From NCBI RefSeq assembly GCF_002854065.1, contig NZ_CP024147.1: DNA of 64,000 nucleotides. One strand, given 5' to 3'. Numbering within the stretch: the first letter of the stretch is position 1; each line of letters opens with the position of its first letter. Under the pieces are notes generated by a model. It worked only from the letters and a program-made list of their open reading frames with translations. It was not told the DNA's origin and made no database searches. Of the stretch, positions 33,407 through 45,039 are shown one piece after another. This DNA comes from Escherichia coli (GTDB lineage: Bacteria; Pseudomonadota; Gammaproteobacteria; Enterobacterales; Enterobacteriaceae). A program made the position numbers and the translations under genes.

Positions 33407-34105
33407 TCACTGCGAAAGTTTGTTAATGGAAAGGAAGCCGCCAAAGTTGCCGACGTTATTGCGAAACTTACAGCCGCTCAGGCATTTGCTGCATTTATCC
33501 TTCGTGATATCGGACGTCGGCTGATCATATTCATCCGCGACCGCCGGACCGTGATAACCGCACTCATCACCGCGATAGGTCCAGGTGCAGGTGTTGGCCA
33601 GCATGATACGTCCCGGAAAAACGGCACCGTCCGTTTCCGTCGGCGTGGACAGTACAAAAGAGGCACTGACCGCGCTCAGTTCGCTGCACTGCTCGATGCG
33701 CCAGCGGCTGATCACCTCCTGCTCCGGATCGGCGTCACTGTTTCCGTTGACGAAGTTCACCGCATCCAGAAAACGGGCGTAAACCTTACGCCGGACCACC
33801 GTTCCTCCGACCAGACTCTGCAGGTCTTCCGCCATCCCGGTGACCATGCCGTGCAGGTTAGAAACCGTCAGTGTCGGACGGGCAGCACTGCCTTTGCCGT
33901 TCAGTTCAAATCCCGTCCCCTGAATGGGATACGCCTGATACTGTCGCCCCTGCCAGGTGACCGGCTCACCTTTATCGTTCTGCTCATTACAGAAAAAGTA
34001 GCGTTCCCCGCCTACCTCGGTCAGGTCGATTTCCCAGAGCACCACCTGGGCTGACTGAGTGAGGCGTGTCGTCTCATGATGTGTTTCCTGTGGAATATCC
34101 TGCAT
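33407..34105 (-). CDS. minor tail protein L (lambda L homologue)
   Basis: 232 aa, same length as lambda L; position between M and K. Confidence 0.85.
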   Translation of the reverse strand: MQDIPQETHHETTRLTQSAQVVLWEIDLTEVGGERYFFCNEQNDKGEPVTWQGRQYQAYPIQGTGFELNGKGSAARPTLTVSNLHGMVTGMAEDLQSLVGGTVVRRKVYARFLDAVNFVNGNSDADPEQEVISRWRIEQCSELSAVSASFVLSTPTETDGAVFPGRIMLANTCTWTYRGDECGYHGPAVADEYDQPTSDITKDKCSKCLSGCKFRNNVGNFGGFLSINKLSQ

Positions 34106-34114
34106 CAGAGACTC

Positions 34115-34444
34115 CTATGCCACGACCTGTTCAAAATCTGCCGTTATGGTTACCCACAACGCCCCCACGCTTGCCGACCATTTACGACAAACCACCCTGA
34201 TCGGCTTCCAGTCATAAGGTGGCGTCCACTGAAATGCGCGGACGCCACCGTGCCGTTCCAGAAAGGCTTTTAAAGATGGGTGTTCACATTTACGAACACG
34301 TATAGTCACGCTGTAAATCGACAACTGGTTATTCAGTCCCGCCGCACGACGCTGTTCATAACCATCGCCCAGCTTCACTGTCACCACTTTCGGCTCTGAT
34401 ACCACATTCATATCCGGGCGCACTTTCCAGTGAAACGTCTCCAT
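34115..34444 (-). CDS. minor tail protein M (lambda M homologue)
   Basis: 109 aa; METFHWKVRPDMNVVSEPKV... closely resembles lambda M. Confidence 0.85.
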   Translation of the reverse strand: METFHWKVRPDMNVVSEPKVVTVKLGDGYEQRRAAGLNNQLSIYSVTIRVRKCEHPSLKAFLERHGGVRAFQWTPPYDWKPIRVVCRKWSASVGALWVTITADFEQVVA

Positions 34445-36618
34445 TACCGATATGCTCCACTTAACCGACCACCATCACGGGCCTGCTGTTGCATAAAGTC
34501 CGCTGCCGCTTTTTTCCCAAGGTCATAAACCACCTTCAGGGCAGCCGGACCTATCTGCCCGTTCGTGCCATCGTTATTGATCTCGATGTTGTACTGCGGG
34601 GCAAACATCGCCATACCTGAACCACCAATATCCGCCACAACCCCCAGCTTACCGTCAGCACCACGACGCAGTGGCAGAATGGCTTCAGGTCCAGCTTCCC
34701 CCATCACACCCGCGCCTTTTGCAAAAGCAAAAAACGTCGGACGGTTAACCACCGTGCCACTGTAACGACTCAAATCAGCAGACTGATAAATCCCCCCATT
34801 GGCATTCAGGGAAAGGCTGCTGAGATCAAATCCCAGTACACTGCCAATCCCTTTTATCGATTTCATCATGGTTGCCTGCGCCAGGATTTTCGCCATATCT
34901 GACAGCACCGAAGAGGTGAAGGATTTGAAGTTGAGTTTGCCGGTAGTGACAAAAGTTGCCAGGCCATTTCCCATGTTGCTGAAGGCTGATGAGAACACCT
35001 GTTCTGCTGTTCCTGCCGTATTGTCTGCATCCACGGTAAAATCCTGAAATGCACGCAGGACTCCGTTTTTCCAGTTACCCTGCACAACTTCAAGCTGTTG
35101 CCAGTAACGGCGATTCTCATTCAGTTGTCGGTTCAGGCTCTCCGTCAGCGCCTGCTCGGCCTTTCTGTAGTCATCCGTGTTATATGTCCCTTTCTGCTCA
35201 CTATCCCGCCTCAACTGCTCCAGCTGTTGCTGGTATTTCTGGCGAAGACTCAGTTGTACCTGATATCGCTGCCGCTGCTGATCACCCATACCCACCGTGG
35301 CGATATCCAGGTCATGTTGCTGACGCTGAGCGCGCTCTTCTTCAGCCAGTTGACTGGTCAGCTGAATTGTTTTTTTCTTCAGATCGTTGAGTGCCGTCTG
35401 TTTCTGAAGCTCCTGCTGTTTTACATCCAGCAGCGTCAGTGCCTGAATCAGTTCATCTTTACGGGCCAGCACACTCTTTTCATCTGCCGTCAGTTTTTTC
35501 CCGTCCAGATCGCTGATGCGCTGCTGCAGAGCCAGAAGCTGTTTATGCGCTTCTGTCATCTTTTCAGTGGCAATGCCTGCTGACTGTCTTGCAGCAGCAA
35601 TCTGTCCTTCCACCTGTGCCTGTTGCTGACTGTACTGCAGCAATAACCGGGTGGCCTCATCATTACGGGGTTCGCGTGTTTTTTTCTTACCGGATGCCAG
35701 GGCTTTCTCGTAACGTTCATTTTCACGTTGTATCGCCGCATCCCTGACAGCCTGATCGGCGTACTGCATGGCATTAATACGCGCAATTTCACGCTGATGT
35801 CGTGCTGCTTCCGTTTCATTCATCCGGTTCAGTGCAGCATTTTCAGCATTACGGCGTTTCTGTTGCTCCTGATAATTCCGCTCTGCCTGCTCTTTTGCAT
35901 CCTGCAAATCCTTCTGGCGTTTTTTCTCCTGAAGCTCGTTAAGACGCTGCTGATCGTACTCAACCTGAGAAGATGATGCCGTCCAGGGGAGTCTTTTCAC
36001 CCGCGACACTTTCTCCTGTAAAGCGGAAATCTGTTCATCCAGCGAGTCTTCACGACCAATATTCATGGCCGCATCCCAGAAACGACTCCATAAATCAGAC
36101 AGATACTTCAGCGTACTGCCCAGCGCATTGAGGTTATTATCAATATCCGCAGTACGCCGACCGGTTTCCTCTGCCAGTGCAGACATGGCTATCCGTGCCG
36201 CATCACTGGACCGCCCCTGTTCCCCAAGGACGCGTATCTGTTCAAGCTGAGTGGCAGTAAGAAAATGCAGCTCATTGTCCAGAGCCTTCGCGGCATTTAC
36301 AGGATCATCCTTCAGCCGCTTAAACTGATTTATGGTATCGCTGACCGACTGGCCAACCGATCGCTCCATCTGTGCGGCAGCTCTCGCCACCATACGGGAT
36401 GGATCATGAACAGAGTCTGCTGCCTCATGCTTCACACTAAACAGGGCTGGCCCGACATGGTGCAGGGCGTAAACGGGGTTCCCCCTGACAGTCGCAGCCA
36501 CAGGAGTGTTGGCCGCGAGGAGCCGTTTTTTTACTGTGTCCCGGTGAAGCCCAAAGGCCTCAGCGATTTTAAAAACACTCCAGTAATAAGCATCACCGAT
36601 CCCGCTCACATTTGACAT
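34444..36618 (-). CDS. chimeric ORF: Nu1-like terminase small-subunit N-terminal DNA-binding region fused to lambda H-like tail tape measure (central and C-terminal parts)
   Basis: C-terminus INNDGTNGQIGPAALKVVYD...RDGGRLSGAYR matches the lambda H C-terminus; glutamine-rich coiled-coil middle; N-terminal ~100 aa has a Nu1-like winged-HTH pattern; ATG at 36618 has GGAG 6 nt upstream (track ORF extends to 36648). Confidence 0.7.
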   Translation of the reverse strand: MSNVSGIGDAYYWSVFKIAEAFGLHRDTVKKRLLAANTPVAATVRGNPVYALHHVGPALFSVKHEAADSVHDPSRMVARAAAQMERSVGQSVSDTINQFKRLKDDPVNAAKALDNELHFLTATQLEQIRVLGEQGRSSDAARIAMSALAEETGRRTADIDNNLNALGSTLKYLSDLWSRFWDAAMNIGREDSLDEQISALQEKVSRVKRLPWTASSSQVEYDQQRLNELQEKKRQKDLQDAKEQAERNYQEQQKRRNAENAALNRMNETEAARHQREIARINAMQYADQAVRDAAIQRENERYEKALASGKKKTREPRNDEATRLLLQYSQQQAQVEGQIAAARQSAGIATEKMTEAHKQLLALQQRISDLDGKKLTADEKSVLARKDELIQALTLLDVKQQELQKQTALNDLKKKTIQLTSQLAEEERAQRQQHDLDIATVGMGDQQRQRYQVQLSLRQKYQQQLEQLRRDSEQKGTYNTDDYRKAEQALTESLNRQLNENRRYWQQLEVVQGNWKNGVLRAFQDFTVDADNTAGTAEQVFSSAFSNMGNGLATFVTTGKLNFKSFTSSVLSDMAKILAQATMMKSIKGIGSVLGFDLSSLSLNANGGIYQSADLSRYSGTVVNRPTFFAFAKGAGVMGEAGPEAILPLRRGADGKLGVVADIGGSGMAMFAPQYNIEINNDGTNGQIGPAALKVVYDLGKKAAADFMQQQARDGGRLSGAYR

Positions 36619-36798
36619 AAGCAACTCCATCTGGCAGGTGAAAATCATGTTTATTTATATATTTCAATTAATTGCAAACTGGTCTAATGACAGGGAGAAA
36701 AAAATATTGTACAGGTGAAAAGAGAAATAACTTTTAATTATCAATAAATTACCAAACATGCTGCCGCCGCCATGGAAATGCAAAAACTAGCCTTTTTC

Positions 36799-36818
36799 CG
36801 CGACGCTCCCGCCCCGTG
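36799..36818 (-). other. lambda-like cos (cosN-like) sequence ~180 bp upstream of the Nu1-like start
   Basis: Minus strand reads ACGGGGCGGGAGCGTCGCGG, close to the lambda cosN region ACGGGGCGGCGACCTCGCGG as I recall it. Confidence 0.55.
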
Positions 36819-37182
36819 GCAGGGGCCCCCACCGGGAGGACCCGACAGCCTGACAGCCGTGACGAGCATCTGATACAGCGCTTTACATAATGGCATAGGA
36901 ATAATTCAGAAGGACATCACAGCATGCCCACACAAATTAGTGTGAGTGTCCTGTTTCTTCCTACGCACAGGACTGACGAGCATGAGGGGAAAATATGCGA
37001 ACCATAAATGCCTCATCTTCAGCAATGCAGCCGGCATCCGAACAGGACGATATTGTAAATTCACCTAATTACGAGGACATTGCAGTAGTTGAATTGCAGC
37101 TCTGTATTAGCCTGACAGTGACAGAATGCGATACTGACTCTGTCACAGGTGAAATAGTTTGAATGATTAGCAGTTATGGTGC

Positions 37183-37389
37183 TCAGTCAACCACCAGGGA
37201 ATAATCCTTCGAATTCTTATCGTGCTTCACCAACGCTGCCTCAATTGCCCTGAATGCTTCCAGAGACACCTGATGTTCTATACATGCAATTACAACATCC
37301 GGGTAACTCATAGAAATGGTGCTATTAAGCATATTTTTTACACGAATCAGATCCAACGAGAGTTCATCAGCAGATTGTTCTTTATTCAT
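37183..37389 (-). CDS. small uncharacterized prophage protein
   Basis: 68-aa ORF in the AT-rich moron region divergent from ydfO. Confidence 0.5.
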   Translation of the reverse strand: MNKEQSADELSLDLIRVKNMLNSTISMSYPDVVIACIEHQVSLEAFRAIEAALVKHDKNSKDYSLVVD

Positions 37390-37689
37390 TTTGTCGCTCC
37401 ATGCGTTTGCTCGTCATCTAGCGGTTAAAATATTACTTCAAATCTTTCTGCATAAAAGAGGAAAAGTATGAAAGTTTGAGTACATCGACCTTACATACAT
37501 CTGTCGGTTGCATATCCCTCCTGGATGCCAGCAAGGCTCAACTTTGTTACGCAATCAACACTATTCATTAAAAACAGGCTTAATATTTGACATAAATCAT
37601 CAACAAAACACAAAGAGGTCAGACCAGATTGAAACAATAAACACGATAATGCAAACTACGCGCCATCGTATCACATGGAAGGTTAACCA

Positions 37690-38100
37690 ATGGCTCAGGC
37701 TGCCATTTTTAAAGAAATATTCGATCAAGTGCGTAAAGATTTAAACTGTGAATTATTTTATTCTGAGCTAAAACGTCACAATGTCTCACTTTATATTTAC
37801 TATTTAGCCACAGATAATATTCACATTGTGTTAGAAAACGACAACATAGTGTTAGTAAAAGGACTCAAAAAGGTTGTAAATGTTAAATTCTCCAGAAACA
37901 AACATCTTATAGAGACCTCCTATAATAAGTTGAAATCAAAAGAAATCACATTTCAACAATACAGGGATAATCTTGCTAAAGCAGGAGTTTTCCGATGGGT
38001 TACAAATATCCAGGAACACCAAAGATATTACTATGCCTTTGATAACTCATTACTATTTACTGAAAGCATCCAGAAAACTACACAGATCTTACCACGCTAA
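37690..38100 (+). CDS. ydfO: uncharacterized prophage protein (DUF1398, YdfO-like)
   Basis: 136-aa ORF. Confidence 0.7.
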   Translation: MAQAAIFKEIFDQVRKDLNCELFYSELKRHNVSLYIYYLATDNIHIVLENDNIVLVKGLKKVVNVKFSRNKHLIETSYNKLKSKEITFQQYRDNLAKAGVFRWVTNIQEHQRYYYAFDNSLLFTESIQKTTQILPR

Positions 38101-38251
38101 ACCATAACGTCCGGCTTCTCTCACTCCTGAGCCGGACTGCATTGGTTTAATAAAAACCATCAACAATTGTGATTTAGATATTCGGAACCATTCAAATATA
38201 ACAAAACCCCGTAAAAACGAGGTTTATGGATAAATTTTATTATTGAATACA

Positions 38252-38425
38252 TCAGATTAAATTAATCTTGACATCATAGCTTTCAAGACCCGTCATTTTT
38301 TCCCGTGCGGTAAACTGAATACTGGTAACTTCTTTCCCGGTCTTTTTCTTAAGTTCAATAATTTTTTTTGTTATATATTCAGAAATATCTGCTTCTGCTT
38401 TTGTTTTTAAGTCTTCAATATTCAT
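38252..38425 (-). CDS. gnsB: 57-aa GnsA/GnsB-family small protein
   Basis: Minus-strand translation MNIEDLKTKAEADISEYITKKIIELKKKTGKEVTSIQFTAREKMTGLESYDVKINLI; too short for the ORF track. Confidence 0.75.
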   Translation of the reverse strand: MNIEDLKTKAEADISEYITKKIIELKKKTGKEVTSIQFTAREKMTGLESYDVKINLI

Positions 38426-38596
38426 CATTTCCTCTTTTAGTCTGTTATGACTTTCCAGTTACACAGTAAATCGATTATATGGTGCAAACGTGTAAAAGAT
38501 AAGATGAAAAATCGCAATAATCAACATACGATAGTCTAAATTTTACACAAACAGACAAAGAGAATTTTCCTGAATTATCAATGCAATAGCATCAAA

Positions 38597-38752
38597 TCAA
38601 CTCAAGAGCCTTATTGCTGCTTCCAGAATTTCTTCTGAAGTAACATGTCGATCCGCGGCTACATAAATGACTTTATGATCTCCGGTCAGAGATGGAAACC
38701 CTGCGGCCATTACAGTAAGGTGTGTTTTTTCGCCATTTGGATATTCACGCAT
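38597..38752 (-). CDS. ynfN: small prophage protein (YnfN-like); start uncertain
   Basis: 51 aa from MREYPNGEK...; the same frame stays open upstream to 38869. Confidence 0.6.
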   Translation of the reverse strand: MREYPNGEKTHLTVMAAGFPSLTGDHKVIYVAADRHVTSEEILEAAIRLLS

Positions 38753-38870
38753 GATGGTGTTAACTCCAGTCATCGCTGGCACTACCACTGCTGGTTCAGA
38801 GTTAAAAAAAACTATGATTTTTTTCATGATGTTACCGTAGTATGTGAGTATCCATCGAATAGACACCAAG

Positions 38871-38905
38871 CAAAAAAGCTCCCGAAGGAGCCTTCATTTT
38901 CACTT
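38871..38905. terminator. bidirectional-looking hairpin (GCTCC-CGAA-GGAGC) flanked by A-run and T-run, ~200 bp downstream of cspI
   Basis: AAAAAAGCTCCCGAAGGAGCCTTCATTTTCACTTTTTT. Confidence 0.55.
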
Positions 38906-39098
38906 TTTTAAATCCAACGACAGACGGCTGGCATTTAAGTATTGTGAAATATTATCAAATGTAATCATCATTGATTTACAAAAGATACATTTTGCCCCGA
39001 AAGGATTCATGTCAGAAACATCAAAAGATGATGTTCTATACTGGGAACCATGACAACACGGGCATCTAAAGTGAATATGGTTTGTAATATTGTCTACC

Positions 39099-39311
39099 TC
39101 AAAGCGCCACTACATGAACAGCGGCAGGACCTTTAGGTCCGTTCTCAATACCAAATTCAACTTCCTGATTCTCAGTTAATGTTTTGAAATCGTTGCTCTG
39201 AATTGCTGAGAAATGGACAAACACATCTTTGCTGCCATCTTTCGGCGTGATGAAACCAAAACCTTTTTCAGGGTTAAACCATTTCACTAAACCAGTCATT
39301 TTGTTAGACAT
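39099..39311 (-). CDS. cspI: CspA-family cold shock protein
   Basis: 70 aa, [23 protein letters not shown]... with RNP1/RNP2 motifs. Confidence 0.9.
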   Translation of the reverse strand: MSNKMTGLVKWFNPEKGFGFITPKDGSKDVFVHFSAIQSNDFKTLTENQEVEFGIENGPKGPAAVHVVAL

Positions 39312-39673
39312 AATTATTACCTTTTGAAGAAATTAGCCCTTGGGCAGAATGGTCCGAAAAAAAATATCAGAGAGAAAAACCAACAAGGAAATCCCAAGAG
39401 GTACAAATAATAAAATTATAACAATGACTGCTTCAGATAAATTTGTAACAAACCAGAACACCATTAACGCATGATTAACCACCCATAGCAAGGATTACTT
39501 TTGTAAAGAAAAACACAGCAATGAAAGAATAGCTTTATTTATTAATAAAACGTGTCATTCTGATTAAGACCTTTTATCTTACCCTTAAGATTTCAGGAAT
39601 TTTGGCTCATGGAAGAGTCCTTTTTATTTAAATTTTACATTCCGCGATGTAAATGTTCCGATTTAATATTACC

Positions 39674-40698
<1,025 letters not shown>

Positions 40699-40702
<4 letters not shown>

Positions 40703-41010
40703 AGATATTTATGATGAGGACGCTCGTGCTTATTGGCAGGATTTTCAATCTTAAAGGAGTACTGATGCTGCAGATAAGACTCAACTTTTTCTGACAATTT
40801 TTCTGCTACTTCCAGGAAGACTTGCCGGACGCTCCTTCTGGCTGCTGCCTCATAAAACTCCAGCGCAGCTCCTTCAACACGGTCCATGGCGACATCCAGG
40901 TCAAAAATTTCACCGTCAAAGCGTTCTTTGTCCTGTAAGGCTACAGTTACCGTAACTTTGTTCTCAAAATTACGGACTCCTTTCACAACCAGTTCATAGT
41001 CTTGAGTCAT
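40699..41010 (-). CDS. ydfR: uncharacterized protein encoded between holin and endolysin
   Basis: 103-aa ORF overlapping the endolysin start by 4 nt (ATGA). Confidence 0.7.
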
Positions 41011-41014
41011 TGGA

Positions 41015-41230
41015 TTACTCTCCTCTCGCAGCCTTACGCCTGTCTTCTTTAATCTTGAAATAAAGATTTGTCAGATACGTCAGCAGGCCAAAAACCAGGC
41101 TACCCAGCACACCGATTGCAGCCCACTGTGACGGAGTTACTTTATCGAGTAACTGCAATGCCCAGAAACCAGCATTACCCGCCGATGTGCCATAGGCAAC
41201 ACCTGTTGTTAACTTATCCATTGATTTCAT
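41015..41230 (-). CDS. essQ: S21-type holin (pinholin)
   Basis: 71 aa from [28 protein letters not shown]... with two TM segments; track ORF extends upstream to 41305. Confidence 0.85.
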   Translation of the reverse strand: MKSMDKLTTGVAYGTSAGNAGFWALQLLDKVTPSQWAAIGVLGSLVFGLLTYLTNLYFKIKEDRRKAARGE

Positions 41231-41449
41231 ATCCTCACCCCGATGTACACGGATGGTGCAATATGTTTGAAAAGATCGGAGTCTACGGGGTAGTTTTGAC
41301 AGCACACGCTGTTCTCAACGGCGCTAAAGAAACATACACATTAAAAATGTGAGTAATTATTTTGAAAGAAAGTCATATATAAAATAATAATACGAGAAAT
41401 GTTTTCATATTTAGTGTACTGTATACGGCCATTTATACAGGAAAAGCCT

Positions 41450-41620
41450 ATGTCAGAACGTAAAGACTCAAAATCACGCCGTAATTATCTCGTTAAATGT
41501 TCCTGCCCAAACTGCACCCAAGAGTCAGAACACAGTTTTTCAAGAGTACAAAAAGGTGCCCTTTTGATCTGCCCTCATTGCAACAAAGTATTCCAGACAA
41601 ATCTTAAAGCTGCAGCCTGA
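41450..41620 (+). CDS. 56-aa zinc-ribbon small protein (CPNC-x17-CPHC)
   Basis: ATG at 41450 with AGGAAAAG upstream; two CxxC pairs. Confidence 0.6.
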   Translation: MSERKDSKSRRNYLVKCSCPNCTQESEHSFSRVQKGALLICPHCNKVFQTNLKAAA

Positions 41621-41677
41621 TTGATTTTATTAGTAACAAGTATTTTTTATATTTTAATAATATATTTAAAGTAGATA

Positions 41678-41703
41678 ATAAAAAACCCGCCTGAGCGGGT
41701 TTG
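41678..41703 (-). terminator. minus-strand intrinsic terminator ~280 nt downstream of cspB
   Basis: AACCCGC-CTGA-GCGGGTT with a U-run on the minus strand. Confidence 0.6.
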
Positions 41704-41983
41704 AGATTGTGGTGCTTTTTGTGGGAGTCATCCACTTACGCACTTTGTTTTGCCATGCCAGCAGTTAGCTTCTGCTGTAAAACTATTCATGCCGCAAACC
41801 TGCACTTCACCACAATGGTTAGCATACTTTTCCTGATTAAGATTTTGCCAAATATGCTGGCCATTGTTTCATGTATTGGACCTCCTTAATTTTTATTAAA
41901 GAAATCCAATATTCACTACTCTGTCCGTATCTCTACTCAGGCATCAGCCTTCTTCGTTATCGTATACAGACGAGCGATGAATT

Positions 41984-42199
41984 TTAATCAGTAATGATGA
42001 CATTTGCTGCTGCAGGACCTTTAGCACCACTCTCTATAGAGAAGGTAACCTTTTGACCTTCAAATAAGGTTCGATAATTATCATTCTGAATCGCAGAAAA
42101 ATGCACAAACACATCTTTACTACCATCAACAGGAGAAATAAAGCCGAAACCTTTATCAGCGTTAAACCATTTTACTAAACCAGTCATTTTATTTGACAT
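41984..42199 (-). CDS. cspB: CspA-family cold shock protein
   Basis: 71 aa, [23 protein letters not shown]... Confidence 0.9.
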   Translation of the reverse strand: MSNKMTGLVKWFNADKGFGFISPVDGSKDVFVHFSAIQNDNYRTLFEGQKVTFSIESGAKGPAAANVIITD

Positions 42200-42490
42200 T
42201 CTACATTCCTTAACTTGAGCCTTTCGGCATAAATGGTTTGCATAACAGAAACGACTTCGTACTTAATTGGAGAGACTCAAAGAAGGAATAAGTGAATAAC
42301 ACCTGAAATGAGAACTGCTTTAGTAAACTACTTCGTATATCGTCTGTTCTTCAAACCGACGCAGTCATTAACTCATAGTTGAACATATGAAGCAATGTTT
42401 ATTTTAGACATCCAGCCACCTTCAACCCTATCAAAAAAGTAGTTTTCTCCAGGAACGTGTGTATGGTGCACCAGGTTATCAGTATTAAGG

Positions 42491-42724
42491 AGTTTTTCTG
42501 TCCCCTAAAATGACAGGAATTGTCAAAAACTTTGACTACAAAAGCAGCAAAGGTCTTATATCCCCATCCGATGGCGTATCGATGCCCAGCTTCAGGTTTC
42601 AGCTCTCAATCTTCGAGATGCAGAAGAAATTACCACAGGATTACGCGTGGAATTTTGCCGGATAAATGGTTCGCGTGGACCTTCAACTCCCAATGTTTAT
42701 CCTGGGATGAGATTCAATATCTCT
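42491..42724 (+). pseudogene. cspF: cspF-like cold-shock gene, apparently frameshifted
   Basis: Frame A (ATG 42491) encodes [22 protein letters not shown] then leaves the cold-shock-domain pattern; a second frame from ~42556 encodes ...[20 protein letters not shown] (domain C-terminus) and runs on without the expected stop. Confidence 0.5.
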
Positions 42725-42744
42725 ATTGCCCCATTTAAAGCACA

Positions 42745-42777
42745 AAAACCCGCTTATCAGCGGGTTTTCTACTTTTT
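42745..42777 (+). terminator. intrinsic terminator after the cspF-like gene
   Basis: AAACCCGC-TTATCA-GCGGGTTT followed by a T-rich run. Confidence 0.65.
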
Positions 42778-42874
42778 TCTAAACGTCGGATACACAAAGC
42801 CCATCGTTGAGAAAATCTTATCCATGTTTTTTGAAAAATGCAAACATCATGTCGCCATCTTCAGCAAAAATCAT

Positions 42875-44516
<1,642 letters not shown>

Positions 44517-44852
44517 GTTTTTCAACCTGAAGTGTCAGCGAGAGTAAAAAATTATGGTGACCATTTTACCGTTGACTCAATAAGGCAGATGTGGGACGCA
44601 GCGATAAAACGTGCCGGACTCCGCCATTGAAAATCATATCAGTCGAGACATACTTATGCCTGCTGGTCGCTGACAGCTGGTGCTAACCCGGCATTTATAG
44701 CAAACCAGATGGGCCATGCAGATGCGCAAATGGTATTTCAGGTATACGGAAAATGGATGTCTGAAAACAATAATGCACAGGTAGCTTTGTTAAATACACA
44801 GTTAAGCGAGTTTGCCCCAACCATGCCCCATAACGAAGCAATGAAAAATTAA
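44517..44852 (+). pseudogene. intQ: tyrosine integrase C-terminal remnant with an in-frame stop
   Basis: Frame reads ...WDAAIKRAGLRH-stop(TGA 44628-44630)-KSYQSRHTYACWSLTAGANPAFIANQMGHADAQMVFQVYGKWM...; begins at the IS right end, ends 38 bp before attR. Confidence 0.65.
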
Positions 44853-44889
44853 TTTAATATTTATCAAATAGTTGACACGTATGACTCTT

Positions 44890-44904
44890 GAAATCCATAA
44901 ATTC
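44890..44904. repeat. attR core
   Basis: GAAATCCATAAATTC, direct repeat of 30097-30110. Confidence 0.75.
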
Positions 44905-44982
44905 AAGCGCAGTGCCCAGCCATCCCGATACTGCTGCTTTCACCAAATCCTTAGTGCTTCTTTCGTGTTTTTCTATTGTCAT
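44890..44982 (-). pseudogene. ydfJ: ydfJ 5' fragment (first ~28 codons) displaced by the prophage
   Basis: ATG at 44982; MTIEKHERSTKDLVKAAVSGWLGTALEFMDF then phage sequence. Confidence 0.8.
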
Positions 44983-45039
44983 AATGGTTATCTCTAAAAA
45001 AGAGGTAAGATGCGTACTACTTACTCGCCGTTATTGGTA

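Noticed and set aside
34565-36615. Plus-strand ORFs of 61-161 aa opposite the tape measure chimera
   Set aside because: Antisense to a long coiled-coil gene; no independent support.
38844-39053. 69-aa plus-strand ORF downstream of cspI
   Set aside because: Lies across the cspI 3' UTR and terminator hairpin; no RBS.
41701-41889. 62-aa plus-strand ORF between the zinc-ribbon gene and cspB
   Set aside because: Cys/Phe-rich low-complexity translation, no SD; the region is better explained as the cspB 3' UTR, with the terminator at 41678-41703.
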